A stretch of 63,882 nt of DNA, the filler included, from Acidimicrobiia bacterium (GTDB lineage: Bacteria > Actinomycetota > Acidimicrobiia > Spongiisociales > JAENVV01), in assembly GCA_041577335.1 (NCBI GenBank). It is 3 parts of 3 records of this genome, joined end to end, with 100 filler letters (N's around TTAATTAATTAA, not from the genome) between each part and the next. Parts side by side here need not be neighbours in the genome. Positions count along the whole stretch, not along the records: positions 1 to 22,120 come from JBFGJH010000057.1; 2 more parts are not named here. One strand, 5' to 3'. The notes below the pieces were generated by a model. The model had not been told where the DNA came from. It did no database searches and saw only the letters and a list, made by a program, of their open reading frames with translations. Shown one piece after another: positions 9,461 to 18,789 of this stretch; the first letter of the stretch is position 1; each line of letters begins with the position of its first letter. Both the position numbers and the translations under genes were made by a program.

Positions 9461-10051
9461 CTACCACCCGTTGCGGTGCAGCTGTTCGTCCAGGGGACGC
9501 CGCCTTCGCTTGACTCCGGAGCCTGTCGGGGCCTCGTCGGGGTCCCGGAACCCGAGTGCGACGATGCCGATCATGTTCCGATCTGCCGGCACTCCGAAGT
9601 GTGCGCGGACGGCCGTGTCATCCGGGATGCCGAAGAACCAGGTGTCGAGCCCGGCATCCACTGCGGCCAGCTGGAGTTGCATCGCAGCCATGCCGCCGTC
9701 CACATCCCAGAAGCGAACCGGCCAGGCGTCGGCGTGATCGAGGCCGAACCCGATCTTGTCGGCTTCTGAGTATCGGTCCAGGTAGCGCTGCGGATCGGAC
9801 CACACCATCACCAGCACGGGCGGACGGTCTGAACCACCATGGTCGCCCTCGTCTTCGCCGGCTGTGACTGCCCAGAAGGCCGCCAATTGATCGGGATCGT
9901 CGACGACCAGAAAATCGATGCCTTGGGAATACCCGGCAGTTGGCGCTCGCCGGGCGATATCGATGATGCGGTCCACCTCGGCAGGCTCGGGCACTTCAGA
10001 GGAATAGCTTCGGACGCTACGGCGAACACGGATGATTTCGGAGAATTCCAT
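9461..10051 (-). CDS. Nitroreductase family protein
   Basis: RRSVRSY, RAPTAGYSQ, DGGMAAMQLQLAAVDAGL. Leaderless pattern TAGGTT-N6-ATG. Confidence 0.9.
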   Translation of the reverse strand: MEFSEIIRVRRSVRSYSSEVPEPAEVDRIIDIARRAPTAGYSQGIDFLVVDDPDQLAAFWAVTAGEDEGDHGGSDRPPVLVMVWSDPQRYLDRYSEADKIGFGLDHADAWPVRFWDVDGGMAAMQLQLAAVDAGLDTWFFGIPDDTAVRAHFGVPADRNMIGIVALGFRDPDEAPTGSGVKRRRRPLDEQLHRNGW

Positions 10052-10139
10052 GTGGCGAACCTAGGCAATGCCATCGGGGCGGGTGCGAGGCCATGGCGAA
10101 AAAACGAGCCGGACAGTGCAGTGGCGTCCGAACCCTTGG

Positions 10140-10670
10140 TCAGGCCAGGACGGACAGAACCTCATCGAGGTCGGCGTGGTCGCCGGCGAACTCTTCGTAG
10201 TCTTCGAACAAGAGCTCGTCTCCCGGCCCGATGACCAGCGTGGCGCCCAGTTGCATTGGTCTCCTGCCTGTCTTGTGTTGGCGATTGCCTTTGATGGTTG
10301 CCCGCACGCCCGCCACCAACTGGCCGGGCTTCACGAGGTCTAGTCCACCAAGGGCGTTCGTCCCGACGATCTCGGCGGCAGATCCGTCCTCGTCCAAGAG
10401 CACATCGAACGGCACCCGCTCGTCCTCGATGAACGCTTGGGCGTATCGCTTCCCTCCCGTGCCGATGGCCACGACGCCCGCGCCTGTTGCAAGGATATCT
10501 TCATATCTGTCGCGGACCTGACCGGCCCGCTCGCGACAGGTCAGTCAGCCAAAGTGGCGGAGGAAGAGGACGACCTGAGGCTTCTCTTTCCAACGATCGC
10601 CGAGGCGTTCGTGGTTGCCATCAGGATCGATGAGCATGTGGTCAGCGAGCTTTGTTACGTCAAAGGGCAT
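10140..10670 (-). CDS. AhpC/TSA-2 (PRXL2/SelU-like) peroxiredoxin-like selenoprotein, UxxC, 176 aa, with in-frame UGA at 10547-10545
   Basis: Track ORFs 10545..10949 and 10140..10472 share one frame, separated only by TGA: VVLFLRHFG-U-LTCRE..VVAIG..PFDVLLD..QLGATLVIGPG. A downstream hairpin is present. Confidence 0.88.
10507..10544 (-). promoter_or_regulatory. Candidate bacterial SECIS
   Basis: After the UGA: CUGUC/GACAG lower stem, GCGGGCC/GGUCCGC upper stem, and loop GGUCA starting after 21 nt. Confidence 0.7.
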
Positions 10671-10795
10671 TGGCTTGGCTTTCGTGGAGGCGATGAGGTA
10701 CAGGCCGCGAGGGTCGGGTAGGGATGGTACCGGTCGCCGATCGGGACAGGAAAACGGGCTCCTGCCTCGACCCTGAGCCCAACTTCGGCCGGCGT

Positions 10796-11086
10796 TCATG
10801 GGACGCCGATGCCGCCGATCGGTGCGGTCTCGATGCGCTGATCGAATCCAGCGATGAGAGGCCGGCCCTTCTCGATCGCCGCCTGCACGGAAGGAAGGCT
10901 GAGGGAGGCGGCATGGGCCTCGGCGCTGTCCCACACCTCCGTTACCCAAATCGCCTGTGGGTCAGAATCCTCCAGGGCCACGATGTAGTTGAGGCAGCCG
11001 GGCACATCGCCGATTCCCGCCAGGATGCCTGCCAGCTCATCCCGTTTTCCTGCAACGGCTCTCATTCGACCGATCAATCCGTACAT
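10796..11086 (-). CDS. Antibiotic biosynthesis monooxygenase (ABM) family protein
   Basis: GKRDELAGIL..PGCLNY..IWVTEVWDSAEAHAASL. SD GAGGAGG. Confidence 0.88.
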   Translation of the reverse strand: MYGLIGRMRAVAGKRDELAGILAGIGDVPGCLNYIVALEDSDPQAIWVTEVWDSAEAHAASLSLPSVQAAIEKGRPLIAGFDQRIETAPIGGIGVP

Positions 11087-11177
11087 GTCCCTCCTCTGGG
11101 CACGAAAGCGGCAGGCTAACGGCCGGGGATCGGGTCATCGGCAGCTTGTCGATTGTGGGATCTCCGGCATCACCCGG

Positions 11178-11588
11178 TCAGTCGAGCTCCGTGAAGAGAG
11201 TGAGCTGCATCCCGTCCGGAGCCTCGATGCGAACGTTGAGTGAGTTCCACGGAGTCATCGCCGGCGCGAAGACCGACGTGGTCTGTTCTTCCCCAATCGC
11301 CGTCGCGACGGCCTCGGGCTCAGGCACTTGAAAGGCGATTCGTACCGGCAACCCGACGTGACGACCGACTTCGATCGTGTCCACCCATCCAGCGTGACCT
11401 GCATCGAGGATCTCGACGGTTGCGTGACCGGCGTCCAGGACGAGCCCATGTCCGTGTTCGTTGGAGAAGTCCGCCAGCTGTTCCAGGCCCAAGCCATCAC
11501 GATAGAAGGCGACGGCCCGTTCGAAGTCGGATGTGGTCAGGACTACTCGAGTCTGAATCACTTGAGGGGTGGTCTTTGGCTCGGGCAT
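11178..11588 (-). CDS. VOC/glyoxalase family protein
   Basis: DFERAVAFYRDGLGL..TPWNSLNVRIEAPDGMQLTLF. Confidence 0.88.
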   Translation of the reverse strand: MPEPKTTPQVIQTRVVLTTSDFERAVAFYRDGLGLEQLADFSNEHGHGLVLDAGHATVEILDAGHAGWVDTIEVGRHVGLPVRIAFQVPEPEAVATAIGEEQTTSVFAPAMTPWNSLNVRIEAPDGMQLTLFTELD

Positions 11589-11687
11589 TGTTGGCTCCCT
11601 CGATCGACAGGTCGCTATCGCTGCCCCGAGTTCTAGTCGGGCTTTGACGACAAATGAGGGGTTGCCATTTTGCGTAGAGTGGAAATC

Positions 11688-12503
11688 ATGAAGCGGGCCC
11701 TATTCGTTCCCAACTTCGGAGACTTTGCCGAGCCGAGGGTCTTTGCCGACCTGGCTGCCGAAGCGGAGACGGCCGGATGGGACGGCATCTACATCTGGGA
11801 TCACATCCTGGTCGAAGATGGCAGGCCGATGTGCGACCCGTGGGTGGCGATGGCCGCGGCTGCCATGCTCACCGAGCGGATTCGACTGGGGCCCATGGTG
11901 ACGCCGGTCCCTCGCCGCTATCCGTGGAAGCTGTCCCGAGAGGTGGTGAGCCTCGACCGGCTGTCGGGTGGCCGGGTGGACTTCGGGGTTGGGATTGGTT
12001 TCCCGCCGGAAGTGGAGTTCGGGACGTTCGGCCACGAAACAGACGCGCGCATACGGGCCGACAAGCTCGATGAAGGCCTCGATGTCATCACCGGTATGTG
12101 GACGGGCGAGTCGTTCTCGTTCTCGGGCGACCACTACCGAGTGGTCGAGCGGACCTTTCTTCCCGCGCCGATTCAGGAGCCGCGAGTGCCAATCTGGGTG
12201 GCGGCAACCTGGCCCAACAAGCGGCCGTTTCGTCGCGCAGCGAAGTGGGATGGCGTATTCCCCCTCCTCATCGGCGACGGCGGATTTGTTCAGATGTCGT
12301 ACGACGACATTGGCGAGATGGCTGAATATGTGACTGCCCATCGCACGTCGGACGGACCGTATGAATTCGTCATCGGCTACGACGACGCCGAGGACCGCTC
12401 GGTCGATGACCTCGAAGCTCTCGGTGCCACGTGGATGTTCTTCAACTTCTATGACGCCGGCGCAGAGACGATGGCGAAGGTGCGCTCGGGTCCCTGGCGG
12501 TGA
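11688..12503 (+). CDS. LLM-class flavin-dependent oxidoreductase
   Basis: AETAGWDGIYIWDH, DPWVAMAA..TERIRLG, LDRLSGGR, PIWVA. TAGAGT-N7-ATG. Confidence 0.92.
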   Translation: MKRALFVPNFGDFAEPRVFADLAAEAETAGWDGIYIWDHILVEDGRPMCDPWVAMAAAAMLTERIRLGPMVTPVPRRYPWKLSREVVSLDRLSGGRVDFGVGIGFPPEVEFGTFGHETDARIRADKLDEGLDVITGMWTGESFSFSGDHYRVVERTFLPAPIQEPRVPIWVAATWPNKRPFRRAAKWDGVFPLLIGDGGFVQMSYDDIGEMAEYVTAHRTSDGPYEFVIGYDDAEDRSVDDLEALGATWMFFNFYDAGAETMAKVRSGPWR

Positions 12504-12617
12504 GCGGGGTGAACTTCGGATGAGGTTTTTGGTGGCAATGGCTCGGGAGGCGACGCAAACCGTTGAACCCCGGACGGTCTCGCGGTCCGACGGGATGCGG
12601 TCGATCGAGCGGGTCGA

Positions 12618-15299
12618 TCAGCCTGTCGAGATGCCGGAGCCGAGCGGGTAGAGGGGGCTCTCGATCGGTACCGTGTCCTCGATCGGAAGCTGCTCGACCG
12701 TGCGAGGCCACGTATATGGCAGCGTTCCTGTGAAAGGCTCGATCCCGAAGAGAACGTCGGCCACTCCTTGACCCTCGGTTCCCGGGAGCCAGGCAGCGAC
12801 GAACGCGTCCCAGTCGTCGACCATGTCGCTCACGATGAGCGGCCGCCCGGAGACGAGGATCACCGCCAGCTCGTCGCATTGCTCTCGCATTCGATCGAGG
12901 AGCCGCAGGTCGGGGACGGGCAGCTTCAGGTCGGCGTCGTCTCCGAAGCCTTCCGAGTACGGGCGCTCGCCCACCACGGCGACGCAGACCTCTGGATCGC
13001 CTGCGCCGTCGAAGCGGCCGAATGGGTCGTAGACCACCGCAGTGTTCGCTGAAACTGTTTCCTCGATGGCCTCCAAGATGGTGGTGCCCTCGGTGATGTC
13101 GCCTTCCTTGCCTTGCCATTCGATGGTCCATCCGCCCGACTGGATGCCGATGTCGTCGGCGGCCGCCCCACCCACGAACACCGCAGGAACATCGTCGGCG
13201 AGAGGCAGCAAACCTTCATCGTTCTTGAGGAGAACCTGGGATTTGGCCACCGCCTCTTGGGCAACGGCCCGGTGCTCGTCGGAGCCCACCGTGCCGATAA
13301 ACTCGTCGCCCGAGAAGGGACGCTCGAACAAACCCAACATGAATTTGACCGTCAGGATCCTTCGCACGGCGTCATCGATGCGGTCCTCGGAAACGTCGCC
13401 CGCCTCGACCGCCCGGGTCAAGGTGTCGACAAAGCGCCGGTAGTCGGATGGCACCATATTCATATCGATGCCGGCATTGATGGAGGCGACGACAGCGTCG
13501 TAGTAGTCGTTGCTGATTTGGTCGATGGCGCCCCAATCCGACAGCACGAAACCTTCGAAGCCGAGTTCTTCCTTGAGCACGTCGGTGATGAGGTAGCGCT
13601 GGGCGTGCATCTTCATCCCGTCCCACGAGGAATACGAAACCATGATGTTCATGGCCCCTTCGTCGATGGCGGCCACGTAAGGGGGCAGGTGCACGGAGCG
13701 AAGGGTGTCCTCGTCGACCTCGGTCACGCCCTGATCGATTTGATAGTCGCCCGTCGAAGAGCTCCCCCACGACGTTCCTCCGTCTCCGATCCAGTGTTTG
13801 GGAGTGGCGAGGACGGTGGCGCCGTCAGCGAGGTCGGTTCCCTGCAAGCCACGGATATAGGCCGCCGCCAGGTCGGAGACGATGGTGGTGTCCTCCGAGT
13901 AGCCCTCATAGGTTCGTCCCCACCGGATGTCCCGGGGCACGGAGACGGCAGGGGCGTAGTTCCAGTAGATGCCGGTGGCGATCATCTCCGCAGCGGTGGC
14001 CTGGCCGACCCGCTCCATCAGCTCTGGGTCATTGGCGGCACCGAGGCCAACGTTGTGGGGAAAGATCACCGCACCTCGGACGTTGCCATGACCGTGCACG
14101 GCATCGACGCCATAGAGGAGCGGTATGCCGAGACGGGACACCAACGCCTCTTCCTGGAACCCGTCCACCATTTCTGCCCAAGCTCGGGGGCTGTTCTCGG
14201 CGGGGGAGCCCCCGCCACCGCTCAAGAGGCCACCAATTCCGTACCTGGCGAGATCCTCTGGAACGATGCTGTTCTTCTCGACCAGCGTCATTTGTCCGAT
14301 CTTCTCGGCCAGGGTCATTCGGCCGACCAAATCGCCGACCCGATCGGCCAGCGGCACGTCGGCTTGCTTGTACGGCGCGTCGTCGGGAACCGGCTCCCCG
14401 GGAACCGCGTCGGGCGCCGGCGCCGGCCCGGCGAGCTCCACGTCGGTCTCGCCGATTTCGAAAAACGTCAGCAGACCGAACACGCTGGGGTTCAGGTAGG
14501 AGGTGTCTGCAGTGTCGAACCGCGACCAGATCACTTTGAGATCCCGGCTCGATTCCGAGGCGCTGTTCAGGTGGACTTGGAAGCCGATAGTGCTGCCGTG
14601 CTCCCGTTGGATGTTCCAGACCCGGTTCTTGAGAGGCACAGCCATCTCGACCGCATAGCCCGAGGACGTCTCGGCCACGACCACCGTGGCCTCCGCCGAA
14701 TGGGCCTGAATGCCGCCGAGAACGATTTCCTCGGGAGGCAGTCCGGCGTTGAGGGGCGGCACCGTGACCTGGGCGACGCCATCGGTGTACGAGGTCAGAT
14801 CGAGATCTCCCGATCCGTTGATGTAGAACTCCACGGAGTCCTCGTTCCAGTAGTCGCTGCCGTGCAGACCGGTCACGATCTTTGCGTCGGTCACGTCGCC
14901 CATGACGTACAGGAACTCGTCGTCGGCGGCTGCGGCGAACTCCACCGAGGTGGCCCCGATGACCACGTCAGCGGTCGGGGGGATCGTGACTTTGGGGATC
15001 TCCGTCCACTCTGAGAGATCGCCGTCGACCGTGATCGAAACCGGAAACGCGGCGAAGTACCGTTCCGCCGGCACCGGCTCGGGCGCCAGGCTCGAGGGGG
15101 CGGCGGTGGCGCCGGCGCTCGTGGTCGAGGTTGAGGTGGGGGAGGGGGGCGGTGGCGTCGTCGTTTCGGCCGTTTCGCCCGAGGTGGTGCAAGCCGTAGC
15201 CAGCAGTGCAACCACGAGTGAAGCTGCAGCCAGGCGCCGCCTCCGGCCTGGTGGTCCGGAGCGTGGTCGACGACCGACGGGCGCTGCGCTCATGTCCAT
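12618..15299 (-). CDS. Lipoprotein GH3 beta-glucosidase with an N-terminal CBM9-like domain
   Basis: LATAC lipobox, Pro/Thr linker, ITVDGDLSEW..DSVEFY..GYAVEMAVP (CBM9-like), then MTLAEKIGQM, GVDAVHGH, RDIRWGRTYEG, KHW, VLSDW (nucleophile), AWLPGTEG. Confidence 0.92.
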   Translation of the reverse strand: MDMSAAPVGRRPRSGPPGRRRRLAAASLVVALLATACTTSGETAETTTPPPPSPTSTSTTSAGATAAPSSLAPEPVPAERYFAAFPVSITVDGDLSEWTEIPKVTIPPTADVVIGATSVEFAAAADDEFLYVMGDVTDAKIVTGLHGSDYWNEDSVEFYINGSGDLDLTSYTDGVAQVTVPPLNAGLPPEEIVLGGIQAHSAEATVVVAETSSGYAVEMAVPLKNRVWNIQREHGSTIGFQVHLNSASESSRDLKVIWSRFDTADTSYLNPSVFGLLTFFEIGETDVELAGPAPAPDAVPGEPVPDDAPYKQADVPLADRVGDLVGRMTLAEKIGQMTLVEKNSIVPEDLARYGIGGLLSGGGGSPAENSPRAWAEMVDGFQEEALVSRLGIPLLYGVDAVHGHGNVRGAVIFPHNVGLGAANDPELMERVGQATAAEMIATGIYWNYAPAVSVPRDIRWGRTYEGYSEDTTIVSDLAAAYIRGLQGTDLADGATVLATPKHWIGDGGTSWGSSSTGDYQIDQGVTEVDEDTLRSVHLPPYVAAIDEGAMNIMVSYSSWDGMKMHAQRYLITDVLKEELGFEGFVLSDWGAIDQISNDYYDAVVASINAGIDMNMVPSDYRRFVDTLTRAVEAGDVSEDRIDDAVRRILTVKFMLGLFERPFSGDEFIGTVGSDEHRAVAQEAVAKSQVLLKNDEGLLPLADDVPAVFVGGAAADDIGIQSGGWTIEWQGKEGDITEGTTILEAIEETVSANTAVVYDPFGRFDGAGDPEVCVAVVGERPYSEGFGDDADLKLPVPDLRLLDRMREQCDELAVILVSGRPLIVSDMVDDWDAFVAAWLPGTEGQGVADVLFGIEPFTGTLPYTWPRTVEQLPIEDTVPIESPLYPLGSGISTG

Positions 15300-15303
15300 T
15301 CGC

Positions 15304-18300
15304 TCACCGGCCGGCTAACGGTCGAACCGCTTCGGCCGCTACGAACCCGCGGATGATTGCGACCTCGCCCGTGCGGCCGAAGACGCCGGCGCTGGTGTGC
15401 CGGTCGATCTGTGAGCCGGCATGGCGATGGGTGGTGCCATCGGCGAGATGCACCTCGACGAAGGGGTCCTCGGAGGTGGTCGACACGACGATGGGTACCT
15501 GGCACACCGTGATACCCAAAGAGCCCGCGCCGAGTTCGACTGTCTGCGGCGCGAGGTCCACATCGTGAAACCGCCACGTTCGGGGCTGTGCGAGCAACTC
15601 GTCTTGTCGCAGGAAGAGCGAGGAGAACCGAATCTCGCCGTTCTCCACTTGAACGCCGGTTTCGAGCGGCCGGGTCAGGATCTCTTCCTTCACCAATCCG
15701 GTCATGCCGGGCTGTTGGGCACCGGCGTGGCCGGGGGTATGCGAATACGGGTCGATGGGGATGGCGCCGAACTGTTGTGCGCTCTTGTTGAAGCCGAGAC
15801 CCGACCTCACGCGCCAGTAGGCATCGGTGAGTCGGTCGATCGTCGCAGATGAAGCACCGCTCGCAGCCGCAGCCACGGCCGACTCCTGCAGGGCGACGAG
15901 CAGTTTGGCGACCATGTGCCAGTAGATCGACCCGATACCCTCGTAGCCATACATCGTCCCGGATCGGCCGGTGAAGGAGTGATGGCGGAATACGTGCTCA
16001 TATATGTCCAATGTCGAGCCTCGATTCGCCGCCACGAGATCGGACCACCCGTCCTGGCCGGCCAGTCGGTCGAGAGCCTCCTCGACGTCGCCACGGTTGG
16101 CGAAATCGGCGTTGAACCGGAACCGCCCGTCGGTGTCGACGACGATCAGCGAGTGATCTTCCGCAGCGATGAGCGCGCCGAGAAGGGGGTTGCCCGCCAG
16201 GGCGTCGGCCGGGACGACGTTCTTTTCGAGAAACGGGGGTGGGGGCTGTGGCGGGTAAAGGGTGAAGCTGTTTTGATCTGCCCGGTACATGGCGCTGGCG
16301 AACAGCGAGTCGACGAGGTCTGCCTGCTCTTCGGCGGACAGCACATCTGAACCGATCGCGGCCACCTGGCCTTCGAGCATCTCGTAGAGGTTCTCCACCG
16401 ACGCGGCGGAGCCGTCGTCGGCGAAGCGGATGAGATTGTACGAATGGTAGAGCCCGTCGGAGCGGCGTCCGGCGCTGATCGTGTCGTCGAGATGAGCGAG
16501 CGCCACCCGGCACAACTCGGCCACCTCATCGAGGGCTACTGCCGTGACGCCGGAGAAACCCGCCCGATACACCTGCAACCGGTAGTCGGAGAAGGCGGCG
16601 CCGAGCTGGTCGACGAGGGCCTTGCGGTCCCGGTCGCGTCCGCCACCGTCTCCGCCCGGAGGAGTAGCGGCCAGCGCACCGCCGACGGCGGTGAGCCAGT
16701 GCGCCACCTCCGTCGACATCGCCACCGTTTCCAGGCGGGAAGACCGCAAGAGCGTCAGCAGAAACTGGAGGTAGTCGCGCAGGTGGAACAGCGTCACCAT
16801 CGACAGTCCGTAGCCGACAAGAGCGTTGTTGGCGTCGTTCCATTCGGGCCGCTGGGTGTTCATCCATATGCCGCCGCCCGGAACGAAGTTGGAGAGCTTG
16901 GCCAGTGCCGGAACGAGCAATTTCTCGGCGAGCGTCACCTGGTACACCTCGGCGCCCTCCCACAGAAGCTTGCCATCGCTGCCGGCGTGATCGACCCGCT
17001 CCGCGGTCCGAGTGGCCGCCTCCCCGTCGAAGAGAATCGTCTCCTTGGGATCCTGTACGAGTTCGTGATACGGCTTGATGCGGTAGGGCACGTCGGCATA
17101 GGAGAACCAGCGCCGGCCAAGCATCTCTGTCAATTGTCCGGGGCCGTACCGTTCGAAGGCCCTCAAGAGACGGAGAAGGTAGACGATCTGGTGATCTCCC
17201 CAATAGCCGATGTTGCTCCACGGATCGTCGGGATCGGGGACCTCCCAATCGATCCCATTGCGGGTGACACGATACGGGTTGAATCCATCTGGCGTGGAGG
17301 CGTTGACGAACACCGAAACGACGCTGGGCAGATATTCGGGGAAGCTCAAGCACAAGGCCTCCCAATTTTGAAAGATGTCCCGCCAGTTGCCCTCGTAGTA
17401 GACGATCGGGTCGCCGGCCGAATCCTGCACACGGATGGAAAAGGCGTTCCAGGGCCGGCTGGGATCGCCGTGGCGCCTCGAGAAACTGAACGGCAGATAT
17501 TCCAGGGCGAGGCGGACGAGCTGGTCGTCGCCTCTGCCGGCGATCTCGTCGACGAGCTCGCGGCGCCCGATCGTCTCGGGAAGAGTGGCGAACCATTCCG
17601 CATGGTGCTTGCCCACCCGACGGTTCCGTTGGGAAACGAATTGAGCGAAGTCTTTGGTCCCGATCCGGTATCCCGTCAGGGGCGCGCCGCCGCGCATTGT
17701 GTTGTAGGTGACGTTGGCGAAATGATGCGCGGTGGCGATCTCGTCACCCGTCTGTTGACTGGCGTCGGCACGCGCCATGATCTTCACCAACGTGTTGGTC
17801 GCTTCGGCGAGCGACTCGGCGATGTCAGCCGACAAGTCGTTTGCCGATTGGAGGCGAAGTCGCCTCTCTGCCACTTCGGCCTGATCCTGTCCGACGTCCG
17901 CGACGAGGTGCCAGGTCACCTCCTCTCCCGGCTTCAACGCAACCGAGCCATTCAGGAGGTAGGCGCCGCGCTGTCCTGTGATCAGCTGCTTCGGCACGAC
18001 TGGGCGGCCTGCCACGAAGTCGGTCACTGCGGACGCCTCGAGTGTGATGGAGGCGCCTGGGAGGCCCACCGACCAGACCGTGGAAGCGCGGAGCACCTCG
18101 GCGGGCTCGGGCCGGTCGACGAGCCGGCTCTCGAGCGTGAAGACGGCCAGACGCGTCGTGTTGTCGACGATCTCGGAGCGCTTGTGGGCGTTGAAGAGGT
18201 TGCTCATCCGCTGGTAGGAATATGGATCGATTCCGTGGGGGAGCAGGTTGACGAGTCCATCCACCAGGTCGACGCGAGCTTGGTGCGCTCCGGTGTTCGC

Positions 18301-18789
18301 CAGGGTTGCGGTTCTCACGAATCCGAGCTCTTCGCTGCTCGCCCACTTGTATCTGAAGGTGAGATCCAGGCCAGAATGCCGTTCTTCGAAGACTACCGAG
18401 TCGCCCACTACCGATTTGTACAGGCACCGGCTCACCGGGGCTGGGTCGTGGTCGCGGAACGGCTGCCACAGTGTTCGCCCGTCGTCGGTGTGAACGTACA
18501 TCGCCGTCACCGGGCCGACATTCCCTGCGGCATCATGAAGGCGATCGTCCGGGTCGTAGGGGAAGAGAGCCCCGGTTGCGTCTCTTCTCCCGGCCGTCAA
18601 GGCTCCCGTGCTCGACAGGAACATCCACCGGTCGCCGTCGCTCACCACGTTCATCAGGAACGGAGCGATCCGGTCTACGCCGGGAATGGCGTAGTACTCG
18701 GTGCCGTCGATCTCGATGAGCCCTTCACCACTCGGTGCGCCGACCATTCCTCGTGGCTCGACCGTCGCCAGGCGTCCGGTGTCACCCAT
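15304..18789 (-). CDS. GH149-like beta-1,3-glucan phosphorylase, 1161 aa
   Basis: N-terminal PFLMNVVSDGDRWMFLSSTGALTAGR..ALFPY, FSRRHGDPSRPWNAF, YEGNWRDIFQNWEAL, WMNTQRPEWNDANNALVG, GSIYWHMVAKL, DPYSHTP. Size and GH16/GH3 context fit. Confidence 0.88.
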   Translation of the reverse strand: MGDTGRLATVEPRGMVGAPSGEGLIEIDGTEYYAIPGVDRIAPFLMNVVSDGDRWMFLSSTGALTAGRRDATGALFPYDPDDRLHDAAGNVGPVTAMYVHTDDGRTLWQPFRDHDPAPVSRCLYKSVVGDSVVFEERHSGLDLTFRYKWASSEELGFVRTATLANTGAHQARVDLVDGLVNLLPHGIDPYSYQRMSNLFNAHKRSEIVDNTTRLAVFTLESRLVDRPEPAEVLRASTVWSVGLPGASITLEASAVTDFVAGRPVVPKQLITGQRGAYLLNGSVALKPGEEVTWHLVADVGQDQAEVAERRLRLQSANDLSADIAESLAEATNTLVKIMARADASQQTGDEIATAHHFANVTYNTMRGGAPLTGYRIGTKDFAQFVSQRNRRVGKHHAEWFATLPETIGRRELVDEIAGRGDDQLVRLALEYLPFSFSRRHGDPSRPWNAFSIRVQDSAGDPIVYYEGNWRDIFQNWEALCLSFPEYLPSVVSVFVNASTPDGFNPYRVTRNGIDWEVPDPDDPWSNIGYWGDHQIVYLLRLLRAFERYGPGQLTEMLGRRWFSYADVPYRIKPYHELVQDPKETILFDGEAATRTAERVDHAGSDGKLLWEGAEVYQVTLAEKLLVPALAKLSNFVPGGGIWMNTQRPEWNDANNALVGYGLSMVTLFHLRDYLQFLLTLLRSSRLETVAMSTEVAHWLTAVGGALAATPPGGDGGGRDRDRKALVDQLGAAFSDYRLQVYRAGFSGVTAVALDEVAELCRVALAHLDDTISAGRRSDGLYHSYNLIRFADDGSAASVENLYEMLEGQVAAIGSDVLSAEEQADLVDSLFASAMYRADQNSFTLYPPQPPPPFLEKNVVPADALAGNPLLGALIAAEDHSLIVVDTDGRFRFNADFANRGDVEEALDRLAGQDGWSDLVAANRGSTLDIYEHVFRHHSFTGRSGTMYGYEGIGSIYWHMVAKLLVALQESAVAAAASGASSATIDRLTDAYWRVRSGLGFNKSAQQFGAIPIDPYSHTPGHAGAQQPGMTGLVKEEILTRPLETGVQVENGEIRFSSLFLRQDELLAQPRTWRFHDVDLAPQTVELGAGSLGITVCQVPIVVSTTSEDPFVEVHLADGTTHRHAGSQIDRHTSAGVFGRTGEVAIIRGFVAAEAVRPLAGR

